From: Terriglobales bacterium
GTDB lineage: Bacteria; Acidobacteriota; Terriglobia; Terriglobales; Acidobacteriaceae
Direction: 5' to 3'
Length of the DNA: 64,000 bases
NCBI GenBank assembly: GCA_049513095.1
Contig: JBEKWL010000001.1
Span: 3,008 to 67,007 of the forward strand
In this document: positions 1 through 8,635 of the stretch, piece by piece
Position numbering within the stretch: position 1 is the stretch's first letter
Layout of the letters: each line of letters opens with the position of its first letter
The notes under the pieces: model-generated
Database searches by the model: none
Told to the model about the DNA's origin: nothing
Seen by the model: only the letters and a program-made list of their open reading frames with translations
Translations under genes and position numbers: made by a program

Positions 1-3000
1 GCCGGCGACGGCGACCGGCACGGTGACGTTCGCGGACGGAGCCACGACGCTGGGAACGGGTACGCTCAGCAGCGGAACCGCGACTTACAGCACATCTGCG
101 CTTGCGGCCGGATCAAATTCGATCACGGCATCCTACGGCGGCGACACAAACGACAGCAGCAGCACCTCGACGACCCTGACGCAGACGGTAAACAAAGGAA
201 ACACGACGGTCACGCTAATTTCGTCTGCGAACCCGTCGGCATATGGTTCATCGGTGACTTTCACGGCCACGGTGACACCGGCGACGGCGACCGGGACGGT
301 GACGTTCGAAGATGGAAGCACCGCGCTGGGAACGGGCACGATCAGCGGCGGGGCGGCGACTTACAGCACCTCTGCGCTGGCGGTGGGCTCGCACTCGATC
401 ACGGCTTCCTACGGCGGGGACACAAACGACAGCAGCGGCACGTCCTCGGTGCTAACGCAAACGATGAACCCAACCCCGCAAGTAGTTACCACGTCACTGT
501 CTGCCGGAACGTTAGGTACATCTTACTCGGCCACGTTGGCGGCCACTGGAGGTACCACGCCTTACTCCTGGTCGATAAGCTCCGGCAGTTTGCCCGCCGG
601 GCTATCGCTGAACGCCAGTACGGGTGCGATTACCGGCGCACCCACGGTAGAAAGCACGAGTGACTTCACGGTGCAGGTGACAGACGCAAATAACATAACC
701 GCAACGCAGCCGCTGAGCATCGTCGTAACACCCACTCTGACGTACTCTGCCAGAACGGACAATTGCGTCAACGGCACCCAGTCAGGATGCATTTCCGGCA
801 AAACCAAGGGCGAAGCGGGCGCGACCTTGCTTTTTCAGGAAGGTGTAAGCGACCCGATCCCGACCGGATTTACGCCCACGACTATTTCTTCCGGCTCGTG
901 CCCTTCCGGCTGGACGCCTTCGAGCTATCCCGCATACTGTCCGACTCCGATGAACTCGACCGCGACGGATCCAGATTTCGGCGCGTATCTGGTGATGGTG
1001 ACAGACGACAACACCAACGCGCATAATTCAGCCACGCCATATACAACAGCGTGGAACGTGGGTTCTGATGGCAATTGGGATGCCTTCTCCTGGGACGAGA
1101 CGTTGTATCTGGCAAGGAATTCCGGGGATGGGGCGACGATCCTCAACATTAACCCGGCAGCAATCCATGCGCAAACGTGTGCCACCGTGCCGGGATGCGT
1201 GAATTCAAGTGGAATCTACACCGCACCCAGCGGCGCAGGAGACTCGACGCACCTAGCTCACGGAGGCTCTTGGTCATTCAGCCGCGCGGCTTCCGAACCC
1301 AATGTCCTATACGAAATGTCGAACGTGCCAACTCAAGTGAATCAGCTGGTAATTACCAGCTCAATTACAAGCCCAGGCACCGGGAGTCTTAGCCGAAGCA
1401 TCTATGTCGATTTCACATCCGACACACCCGTGCCTTGCAGTGTGATGGAAAGCGCCGCGCCGGGTAACCCCACTACCTATGCAGCGTCTTGGACTGGGAG
1501 CTTCCAGGTTGCGGATGATGGTACGGTGTCTTACGGGATGACCGGAGGCTATAACTGGGCGGCATCATGGGCGGTGACACCGATCGACACTTTCATCCTG
1601 CCCACCTCTGGCAACGCGGGCAGATACGGATTCCAAGCTACGGCCATTAGCGGCACGGGTATAACCGGCACGTCGGAACCTACCTGGTGCCAGACTGCGG
1701 GTTGCACAGTGACCGATGGCGGCGTGATCTGGACAAACATCGGCAAGCTGGACGAGCAAAGTCAGGGATTCGACATGGTGATCTATCGCCCAGCGGGTAC
1801 GTCGGCGCCGGGTTGCACGCGGATCAACACCCGGCTGGGGAAGATTTATCGCGGCACGGGAAACTCCGCACCCGCCGGGTACATGACCACCAATGACGAA
1901 GTGGTCTGCACGCGAGCGGGAACCTGGCCGACAGCCCCCTGCAACCTGCCCGACCGATTCACCTTGCACGAAGTGGAGCAGGGCGAAAATGGTCAATATG
2001 TGGAATTCTCTCCGACCGGCGGTGAAGCGGCAAATCCTCCGGGGAGCTGGAACTCCGGAACGCTCAGCTGCCAAGCGTCCAACACCAGTTGGCAGGGAGC
2101 GTATTCGTCGGCCAACGCTTACGTCGCTAAGAACATCGTCAGTTACGCGGGTTTGTACTACACGGCCCTCACCACCGTCCCCGCGGGCAGCGGGCACGCC
2201 CCCTCCGGCACAACGTCTTCCAACACTTATTGGAGCAACACGGAATCCTACTGCAACAGCTACTTCTTCGACACCACGAGCACCCTGGTGGCTCCGCTTA
2301 CGGATTGGGTGCATGGCTCGGGACATTCCGCCGCCGGCTACCTGCACAAGTATTGGGGGCATTTCTATCAGTCAATGTTGTATTCGCTGCCGGTGATCGA
2401 CGGAGTCCTCAATCCTAACACTGCAATGCTACTCGCCGCCCTGCCCTGTGCCGATCACGGCACCTACCAGAACTCCGGAACCAGCGATCTCACGCCTATT
2501 TTCACGGCCACGGCCGACGTTCCGGCGTGGCCGACTCGCTACGACGTCGCGAATGGCGCGTGCTACGACGAAATTTGCGCGTTCAACTCGGACGGGAGCG
2601 GGCTGACCTACCGCTTCGGCCATACCTACAACACCGGCTCGAGCTCCTACTTCTCGATTCAGAACAACATCGGCGTGAACTCGCCGCTCGGTGACTTGAT
2701 CGCCTTTGGCACGGACATGATGGGGGTGCGCGGCTCGAACGCTAAGGCGAACACGGCCTGCAACAACCTGCGCGGCCAGTATCAGCCCTCGCCGAGCGGC
2801 ACTGTCACCTATCAGGACTACGTGTACCCGATCACGGACAACAGCGGCGCCTATATTTTCCAGGCGACCGGCTGCGGAACAGACACCACCGGAGCAACCT
2901 GCACCGAAGGCAAAACTCTGCCGAATTGGGATAGCGCCTGCGGCACCTTGAACTCGACCTGCACGGACGGCGGCGTGACCTGGACAAATGAAGGGCCGAA

Positions 3001-3058
3001 CACTTGCCGGGGCGACATTGTGATCCTAGATGCGCTCTCGGCACACGCGGCACCGTAA
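1..3058 (+). CDS. Large secreted Ig-like repeat protein, 5' end truncated by the window edge
   Basis: ORF 23..3058. The frame stays open back to nt 2, and nt 2-40 encode PATATGTVTFADG, the same motif that opens the next repeat (PATATGTVTFEDG), so the true start lies upstream of the window. Two visible Ig-like repeats end in ITASYGGDTNDSS. One unit, TPYSWSISSGSLPAGLSLNASTGAITG, is typical of 'putative Ig' (He_PIG-like) domains. A long Cys-rich C-terminal region has unknown function. Confidence 0.75.
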   Translation, partial: PATATGTVTFADGATTLGTGTLSSGTATYSTSALAAGSNSITASYGGDTNDSSSTSTTLTQTVNKGNTTVTLISSANPSAYGSSVTFTATVTPATATGTVTFEDGSTALGTGTISGGAATYSTSALAVGSHSITASYGGDTNDSSGTSSVLTQTMNPTPQVVTTSLSAGTLGTSYSATLAATGGTTPYSWSISSGSLPAGLSLNASTGAITGAPTVESTSDFTVQVTDANNITATQPLSIVVTPTLTYSARTDNCVNGTQSGCISGKTKGEAGATLLFQEGVSDPIPTGFTPTTISSGSCPSGWTPSSYPAYCPTPMNSTATDPDFGAYLVMVTDDNTNAHNSATPYTTAWNVGSDGNWDAFSWDETLYLARNSGDGATILNINPAAIHAQTCATVPGCVNSSGIYTAPSGAGDSTHLAHGGSWSFSRAASEPNVLYEMSNVPTQVNQLVITSSITSPGTGSLSRSIYVDFTSDTPVPCSVMESAAPGNPTTYAASWTGSFQVADDGTVSYGMTGGYNWAASWAVTPIDTFILPTSGNAGRYGFQATAISGTGITGTSEPTWCQTAGCTVTDGGVIWTNIGKLDEQSQGFDMVIYRPAGTSAPGCTRINTRLGKIYRGTGNSAPAGYMTTNDEVVCTRAGTWPTAPCNLPDRFTLHEVEQGENGQYVEFSPTGGEAANPPGSWNSGTLSCQASNTSWQGAYSSANAYVAKNIVSYAGLYYTALTTVPAGSGHAPSGTTSSNTYWSNTESYCNSYFFDTTSTLVAPLTDWVHGSGHSAAGYLHKYWGHFYQSMLYSLPVIDGVLNPNTAMLLAALPCADHGTYQNSGTSDLTPIFTATADVPAWPTRYDVANGACYDEICAFNSDGSGLTYRFGHTYNTGSSSYFSIQNNIGVNSPLGDLIAFGTDMMGVRGSNAKANTACNNLRGQYQPSPSGTVTYQDYVYPITDNSGAYIFQATGCGTDTTGATCTEGKTLPNWDSACGTLNSTCTDGGVTWTNEGPNTCRGDIVILDALSAHAAP

Positions 3059-3361
3059 GAACTTCTAACAAAACCCCGTTTCAATCCACGAAGTGGCCGA
3101 CTCACATTGCTGGCCAAGTGCTAGGATGCTCAGCCTATGAGCAGCCCTTTGCTTCCGTAGCTTCTCGATTACCGTTGGACATCCCCTCGTCCGCAACCGG
3201 GCCGCGTCGTCTTGACCCTTCGTGATCTGCCCAAAACCGTGTGCCAGCCGAAGAATAACTGTATGCACCACGCCTGTGCGGGATCTTCTTCTCGCAGGAC
3301 GCGGTGCAGGTGCTCCATATCCCCCGCCGTGCCTCCCGAAGCACGGGACAGGAGAACCAAA

Positions 3362-5272
3362 GTGAAGCGTCAGGATTCCCCATGGACGTGCGTGGGTTGC
3401 GGATTGGTTCTATTGAATGTCTTTCTGTTCGCAGCAACTGCCACCGGACAACTGGCCACCAATCCTTCTACCGTGAGCTTCGGTAGCGTTCAGACCGGTA
3501 ATAGCGTGTCGCAATCGGTCGTTCTGAACAATACTGGAAGCGGCACTCTGACAATTTCCCGAGCGACAGTATCAGGGGCCGGATTCAGCATCAGTGGGCT
3601 CAGCCTGCCGGTGATGCTAACCCCGGGCCAGCGCGTGAGCTTCACCACGACTTTTGCGCCGCAGTCCAGCGGCAGCATCAGTGGGAGCGTCTTCTTCTTA
3701 TATTTCAGTTCTCAAAGAAGATCTTTTGAATTCTGGATCACAGCGACGGTTCCCCTCACCGGTACGGGCACAACTCCCGGTCAACTCACCGCCAATCCCA
3801 GCTGCGTGAATTTTGCAAACGTCCAAGTGGGAAGCAGCCAGACGCAATCTGCGACCCTAACTAACTCGGGAAACTCCAGTCTAACGGTCTCTCAGGCCAC
3901 TCTCACCGGCACCAGTTTCAGACTGGGCGGTTTAGCCTTACCCCTGACGCTGGGAGTGGGCCAAAGTGCCACTTTCTCGGTAACTTTTGCCCCTCAGTCG
4001 ATGGGCAGTTCAAGCGGTAGCGCAAGCCTCACTTCCACGGCCCCAGATTCGAACTTTAGCATTCCGCTTTCTGGTACCGGCGTGGCCCAAGGCACCCTGA
4101 CTGCGAATCCCACCAACCTTGCCCTCGGTAACGTTCAGGTCGGCAGCAACACGAGCTTGTCGGAGACGCTGACCAACACGGGCGCAACGAGCCTCACGAT
4201 CTCGTCTGCCACTGCCAGTGGCACAGGATTCAGTTTGAGCGGACTGGCTTTTCCTTTGACATTAACCGCCGGCCAGAGCACATCGTTCACGGTGCTTTTT
4301 TCACCGACCGCGAGCGGGGTCGCCAGCGGCAGCGTGAGCATCGCTTCCAACGGTTCGAATCCCAACTTGAACATTTCACTCTCTGGAACTGGCGTGACGC
4401 AGGGCACGCTGACTGCGAATCCCACCAACCTTGCCCTCGGCAACGCTCAGGTCGGCAGCAGCACGAGCTTGTCGGAGACGCTGACCAACACCGGTGGATC
4501 GACGGTCGCCATTTCGCAAGCTAATTTGAGCGGGGCGGGCTTCTCCATCACTGGATTGAACGGCTTCCCTATCAGTCTCACTGCGAACCAAAGCGTGACG
4601 TTTACCGCGACCTTTACGCCGACCAGTGCCGGTGCCGTGAGTGGAAGCATGTCAATAGTGTCGAACGCATCGAACTCGCCGCTCAACCTTGCGCTCTCTG
4701 GGACCGGGACGGCCGCTGGGACGTTGGCAGTTTCTCCAACCAGTCTAAGTCTTGGCAACGTGGTCGTCGGGTCGAGTTCATCGCTGAACGGCACTCTGAC
4801 TGCCACCGGCGCATCGGTCACGGTTCAGCCAGCGAGTGATACCAACAGTGAGTTTGTGCTCTCCGGAATTTCCCTGCCGACAACCATTCCCGCCGGACAA
4901 TCCGCGACTTTCACGGTCACGTTCACGCCGCAGTCAAGCGGGGCCACTTCGGCGTCTCTGTCGTTCCCGAGCAACGCATCGAACTCGCCCGCGGTGCAAA
5001 CGATGACCGGCACGGGAACGGCGCAAACTCAGCACACTCTGGATCTGACCTGGAACGCTTCGGCTGATGCCGTGGGCTACAACATATACCGCGGGACCGC
5101 TTCAGGTGGTCCATACACGATGATCAACACCTCGCTCGATAGCACGACGACATACACCGACAACACGGTCGTCTCCGGCCAGACTTACTACTACGTAGCC
5201 ACGGCAGTGACTGGCGACTCGCAGGAGAGCGGGTACTCGAATCAAGCGACGGCGATCGTTCCGAATCCATAA
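3362..5272 (+). CDS. Secreted repeat protein: five choice-of-anchor-D-like repeats of about 104 aa plus a C-terminal fibronectin type III domain
   Basis: ORF 3212..5272. The likely start is the GTG at 3362 (VKRQDSPW...), preceded by GGAGA and followed by a hydrophobic signal-like segment (LVLLNVFLFAATATGQ). Repeats follow the pattern L(T/A)xNPxxxxxGxVQVGSxxxxxxTLTNTGxxxLTISxAxxSGxGFSxxGLxxPxTLxxGQSxxFTVxFxP. The C-terminus LDLTWNASADAVGYNIYRGT...YYYVATAV is FN3-like. Confidence 0.75.
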   Translation: MKRQDSPWTCVGCGLVLLNVFLFAATATGQLATNPSTVSFGSVQTGNSVSQSVVLNNTGSGTLTISRATVSGAGFSISGLSLPVMLTPGQRVSFTTTFAPQSSGSISGSVFFLYFSSQRRSFEFWITATVPLTGTGTTPGQLTANPSCVNFANVQVGSSQTQSATLTNSGNSSLTVSQATLTGTSFRLGGLALPLTLGVGQSATFSVTFAPQSMGSSSGSASLTSTAPDSNFSIPLSGTGVAQGTLTANPTNLALGNVQVGSNTSLSETLTNTGATSLTISSATASGTGFSLSGLAFPLTLTAGQSTSFTVLFSPTASGVASGSVSIASNGSNPNLNISLSGTGVTQGTLTANPTNLALGNAQVGSSTSLSETLTNTGGSTVAISQANLSGAGFSITGLNGFPISLTANQSVTFTATFTPTSAGAVSGSMSIVSNASNSPLNLALSGTGTAAGTLAVSPTSLSLGNVVVGSSSSLNGTLTATGASVTVQPASDTNSEFVLSGISLPTTIPAGQSATFTVTFTPQSSGATSASLSFPSNASNSPAVQTMTGTGTAQTQHTLDLTWNASADAVGYNIYRGTASGGPYTMINTSLDSTTTYTDNTVVSGQTYYYVATAVTGDSQESGYSNQATAIVPNP

Positions 5273-5503
5273 GCGTCGCGCTCAACATGGCGCCTAACTT
5301 GTGGCCAGGTAACCTTTGACCGCTAATTCTGCCCCCGCCGACTCAGGGAATAGCGGCTCGCACTTCCGCGGAGCTTCGTATCGTTTGATTGCCTACCCAA
5401 ATATGCGCACGAGCCTGTCTTGTGATCGCTGAGGTCTGAAGTCATTTGACGAGCTTCTGGCGAGGCGGTTCCAGGAATCGAGAAGGAAAGGCCTAACTAC
5501 CTG

Positions 5504-5971
5504 ATGTCCATCCACGAGCGCCTGCCGCCGCAGGCGCGGAAGGGTCTGAAGAAAGTGGGATGGACGAAGGGGCTGGAGCTGGCGAAGCTCGCACGCCGGG
5601 ACGGTCAGGGTTTCGATTGTGCAACCTGGTTGCACAAAGCTCGAAAGCTGCCAAAGGAGGACTTCAGACGGGCATTGGAGAAGGACTTGACGGGAGGGGA
5701 AGAGGAGCCGTCAGAGCTGATCTACTTCAAGGTCCACAAGGGCAGATCCCCGTCGTCGAGCAGGCGATCGAGACGGCAGCGCGGATGTGGATCGGCTAAA
5801 TCGCTCGGGTACCGCCTGGAGATGGTCGCTGATCGGTCAGCCATAACGCGCCCACGAACCTCAGGGGGACACGATTCCATTCCCACACGGGAGGCTAGAA
5901 CGGAGCCGCATCGCAGGTCCCAACTACCTGGTCCGCTGGTAGTCCTACGTGGCCCCTTTTTTTGCGGCTAG
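5504..5971 (+). pseudogene. Possible decayed remnant of a small conserved hypothetical gene (two compensating frame disruptions)
   Basis: Frame of 5504 reads MSIHERLPPQARKGLKKVGWTKGLELAKLARRDGQGFDCATWLHKARKLPKEDF...ELIYFKVHKG, then turns into Arg/Ser-rich junk. A protein-like continuation, QIPVVEQAIETAARM, sits in the -1 frame (ORF 5560..5799). The original frame becomes protein-like again at SAKSLGYRLEMVAD. No homology search was possible. Confidence 0.25.
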
Positions 5972-6222
5972 TTTCCGGGCAAAGGCCGGGCTCGGAGTTC
6001 CGAGGCTATGCAAATCAAGAAGCACATTACACTGACCTCCAACAGATTCCGCTTTGTTAGATTCACCGCCAAGAACAGCGCCCTTGCGGTGCTAAGATGC
6101 GACAAGCCTCCACATATCAACGCGATCCAACCGACGTAGTAGGTAACCCTTCCAATCAGCTGCAGACGAATGACGTGTCCCATGGTGAAACCCTCCTTGG
6201 ATGCACAGAGTAACAGAAACAA
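5968..6222 (-). CDS. Small hypothetical membrane protein (about 70-84 aa, two hydrophobic segments)
   Basis: ORF with hydrophobic stretches YYVGWIALICGGL and EVSVMCFLICIA. It is the last ORF of the minus-strand array. Its C-terminal coding part is duplicated at 7642..7720 with mostly conservative amino-acid changes. Confidence 0.4.
   Translation of the reverse strand: MFLLLCASKEGFTMGHVIRLQLIGRVTYYVGWIALICGGLSHLSTARALFLAVNLTKRNLLEVSVMCFLICIASELRARPLPGN
6001..6079. repeat. Copy 1 of a 79-bp imperfect direct repeat (partner at 7642..7720)
   Basis: cgaggctatgcaaatcaagaagcaca(t/c)t(a/g)cactgacctc(c/a)aacag(a/c)ttccgc... aligns by eye with 7642..7720 without gaps and with about 10 mismatches. Confidence 0.8.
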
Positions 6223-6430
6223 GCCATACTGTTTGCCTAGATTGCGACCACTTGCTGTAGCGCTTGCCGTGCCAGTCTTTTGGCAAAGTGCTCGAGCGGT
6301 TTTCTATTGTGCCGTTGGGCTGCCGGTCAATGCCCCGGAGACTTGACTGACCGGTATCGTCGGCGATCCGGGCGCATGCATCCCCGCCCGGCAAGGGGAG
6401 GTACCACCCGTGGCTCTCGAGTTACGCTCG

Positions 6431-7588
6431 TCAGTCTGGCCGCAAAGCGGGCCTCCCCCAGCAAATAACAGAATCCATTCCTCGGAGAATTATCCGAACT
6501 AAATTCGACTGCACGAGCACGGCTCCCAAAACCGTACCTAGCGTATTCGTGATGATATCGGTCATACCGGAAGTTCGTCCCGGGATATAGGCTTGGAGTA
6601 CCTCGATCACGAAACTCAGTATTCCTCCCGCTATAATCGCGTAGAGAATTGCATTGCGTCGGCTTTGCGTCACCCCCAAATAGGCACAAATCAGGAAACC
6701 CACTGGGACAAACCCTGCGATATTCAGCAACAGGTCGTTCAGGTATCTCCAATTTGCTCGAAATTCCTTGCCCGGAGACTTCAACAGCGTGTTGTACGGA
6801 ACCCTGAAGCTTCTTGGTATCTCCAAATCAGGTCCAGAAGCCACCGCGTTGTGAATCTCATGACCCGTCCCCTCGGTGAAGGCATAGCGAGCAATCGTTG
6901 CCTCGGCGTCCAAGGGTTCGCCGCCGCCGGCTGCCCAGTTCGCATAGTGCCGGAATACCTCTTCAGGAGTCAGCTCTTTTGAGTAAATAGCCAGGCCGCG
7001 GATTTCTCCGGGCCACGGCTCATAATCTACTGCCGACGTTCCCATAACGATCTGCCCTGATAGGTTACTTTTCGAGATCATGAATTTTGGAAAAACCTGC
7101 GCCTGGCGGCCATTCAGGTAGACAACGGTTCCATTCGGCCCCGACGCAATTGTCAACGACAGCAATTTTCCCCGCTGGAAGGCATGCGCGACATCAAGTT
7201 TCTCAGTTTTCACTTTGTTCCCGGCGTCCAAAACATTGCGCGAAACCAGCAGGCCGTCCGTCCACTGTCTCACCAGAAATTGTCCTGGATTGTCCGGGAC
7301 ATAGAAGTCCAAAATCGTGTATACCCCTTTAATTTGAGCAGGCCGAAGTAAAAGCTCCAAGCTGCAAGATTTTCTGGTATCGGCTGCTGCGGCAATCAAG
7401 GGAGCCTTGCTTATAACAACACCCTGATTACCGAACCGAATTCCATTCACTTCTGGCACCCAACTAACTCGGTTCGAAGGAAAAGGGTTGAACGGCCACA
7501 ATGTACATATCAGAACGCCAAAGATGACAATTCCGCAGAGGATTCCGAGACAGTTCTTTTCCCGCATTGTATTCCGTCCTTCGTTCAC
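6431..7588 (-). CDS. VanZ-family membrane protein with a LamG/concanavalin-A-like lectin domain
   Basis: N-terminal TM segment. Central LamG-like region (GKLLSLTIASGPNGTVVYLNGRQ...WPGEIRGLAIYSKELTPEEV). C-terminal VanZ-like TM bundle (LNIAGFVPVGFLICAYLG...FVIEVLQAYIPGRTSGMTDIITNTLGTVLGAVL). Confidence 0.8.
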   Translation of the reverse strand: MNEGRNTMREKNCLGILCGIVIFGVLICTLWPFNPFPSNRVSWVPEVNGIRFGNQGVVISKAPLIAAAADTRKSCSLELLLRPAQIKGVYTILDFYVPDNPGQFLVRQWTDGLLVSRNVLDAGNKVKTEKLDVAHAFQRGKLLSLTIASGPNGTVVYLNGRQAQVFPKFMISKSNLSGQIVMGTSAVDYEPWPGEIRGLAIYSKELTPEEVFRHYANWAAGGGEPLDAEATIARYAFTEGTGHEIHNAVASGPDLEIPRSFRVPYNTLLKSPGKEFRANWRYLNDLLLNIAGFVPVGFLICAYLGVTQSRRNAILYAIIAGGILSFVIEVLQAYIPGRTSGMTDIITNTLGTVLGAVLVQSNLVRIILRGMDSVICWGRPALRPD

Positions 7589-7641
7589 CGGCCAAGCCTG
7601 ATCGAGAACCGTCGCTTCACCCGATCTAACAGAGCTTTACC

Positions 7642-7720
7642 CGAGGCTATGCAAATCAAGAAGCACACTGCACTGACCTCAAACAGCTTCCGCGTCTTTA
7701 GACTCACCGCCAAGAGCAGC
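7642..7720. repeat. Copy 2 of the 79-bp direct repeat; start-less fragment paralogous to the C-terminal half of the 5968..6222 gene
   Basis: The minus-strand translation LLLAVSLKTRKLFEVSAVCFLICIASG compares with LFLAVNLTKRNLLEVSVMCFLICIASE in copy 1. An in-frame TAA lies upstream and there is no ATG in between, so it reads as a gene fragment. Confidence 0.75.
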
Positions 7721-7773
7721 TTGGTTGCAAGGAAGAAAACCAGCTTCGTGGTGGGGAGCGACGCAGACGGAAA

Positions 7774-8559
7774 TTAGAACGTGCATGTCTGAGTAGAGAT
7801 TTCCACACGAGAAAAAGCGCCCTCGACGGCCGCCGTCGCGCGGTAGCTATCGCCGACGCTCAGGTCTGCGAGAAACCACTGTTTGCGAGCCTCGGTGTTT
7901 CCTCGGATCTCTTCAAGCTCAGGATCGAGATCGGGGTGTGTGGTGACGGAAAAATCCGCCAGTGGAAAAGAGAGACCGTCACCAGTGGCCTTCAGGAAGG
8001 ACTCCTTGCGCGTCCAGCAGGCAAAGAAGCCCGGCACTCGGAGGTGATCCGGCAATGCCCGCAGGCCGGCGCGTTCGCGAAGGGAGAAGAATCGCTCGGA
8101 AAGTGCACCAGTGTCGACGTCGCTGCGGATTCTTTCGATATCGACGCCTAACCGGTGCTCACTGCCAACCGCAATCAGCGCGATGCCCGCCGAGTGGGAT
8201 AGGTTGAACTGCAGCGCGCGTGGATTCTGCTCGGGTGCGAGCTGGGGTTTGCCGCTGCTCAGATACTCGAAGCGAATTTCGTTCGCAGGAATTGCAAGGT
8301 AGCCAGCAAGCAGACCCCGAAGTGCCGACCGACATCGGGTGAAGTGAATCCGGTCTCTCTCGAAATGAAACCGGCCGGCGCGGACGAGTTCATCCGCAGA
8401 CAGGACGCTGGCCTCGGAGCTTGCTTTTGCCGGTTCGTCAAGACGCACCCTCCAGAGGTCAACTCGTCCCGACGGAAACACCGGCTGCGAGGGAGTTTGC
8501 GACCACAAACCATCGTGGCCTTGTTTCCTGCCGCCGGCGAGCGCGTTGACATCCTTCAT
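7774..8559 (-). CDS. 4'-phosphopantetheinyl transferase, Sfp-type
   Basis: Motifs: LSADELVRAGRFHFERDR, GKPQL, FNLSHSAGIALIAV, GVDIERIR and W(T)RKESFLKATGDGL. It lies immediately downstream of the NRPS-PKS on the same strand. Confidence 0.85.
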   Translation of the reverse strand: MKDVNALAGGRKQGHDGLWSQTPSQPVFPSGRVDLWRVRLDEPAKASSEASVLSADELVRAGRFHFERDRIHFTRCRSALRGLLAGYLAIPANEIRFEYLSSGKPQLAPEQNPRALQFNLSHSAGIALIAVGSEHRLGVDIERIRSDVDTGALSERFFSLRERAGLRALPDHLRVPGFFACWTRKESFLKATGDGLSFPLADFSVTTHPDLDPELEEIRGNTEARKQWFLADLSVGDSYRATAAVEGAFSRVEISTQTCTF

Positions 8560-8635
8560 CTTGGCCGGTCCTGGTCATTTCTCGGGCCATGATTGTAGTC
8601 CATAACAGTAGCGTCTTCTATAGCGTCCCTGCGAT

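Noticed and set aside
4352-4362. T-loop-like GGTTCGAATCC string suggesting a tRNA
   Set aside because: It lies inside the repeat-protein CDS (SNGSNPN). The flanking bases cannot form a T-stem or the rest of a cloverleaf.
1-5272. PEP-CTERM (or other) sorting tails on the two secreted repeat proteins, and on the beta-helix protein at 35772..37856
   Set aside because: The C-termini read ...LSAHAAP, ...AIVPNP and ...NLKATVQ. None has the PEP motif plus TM plus basic tail, so no exosortase substrate can be claimed in this window.
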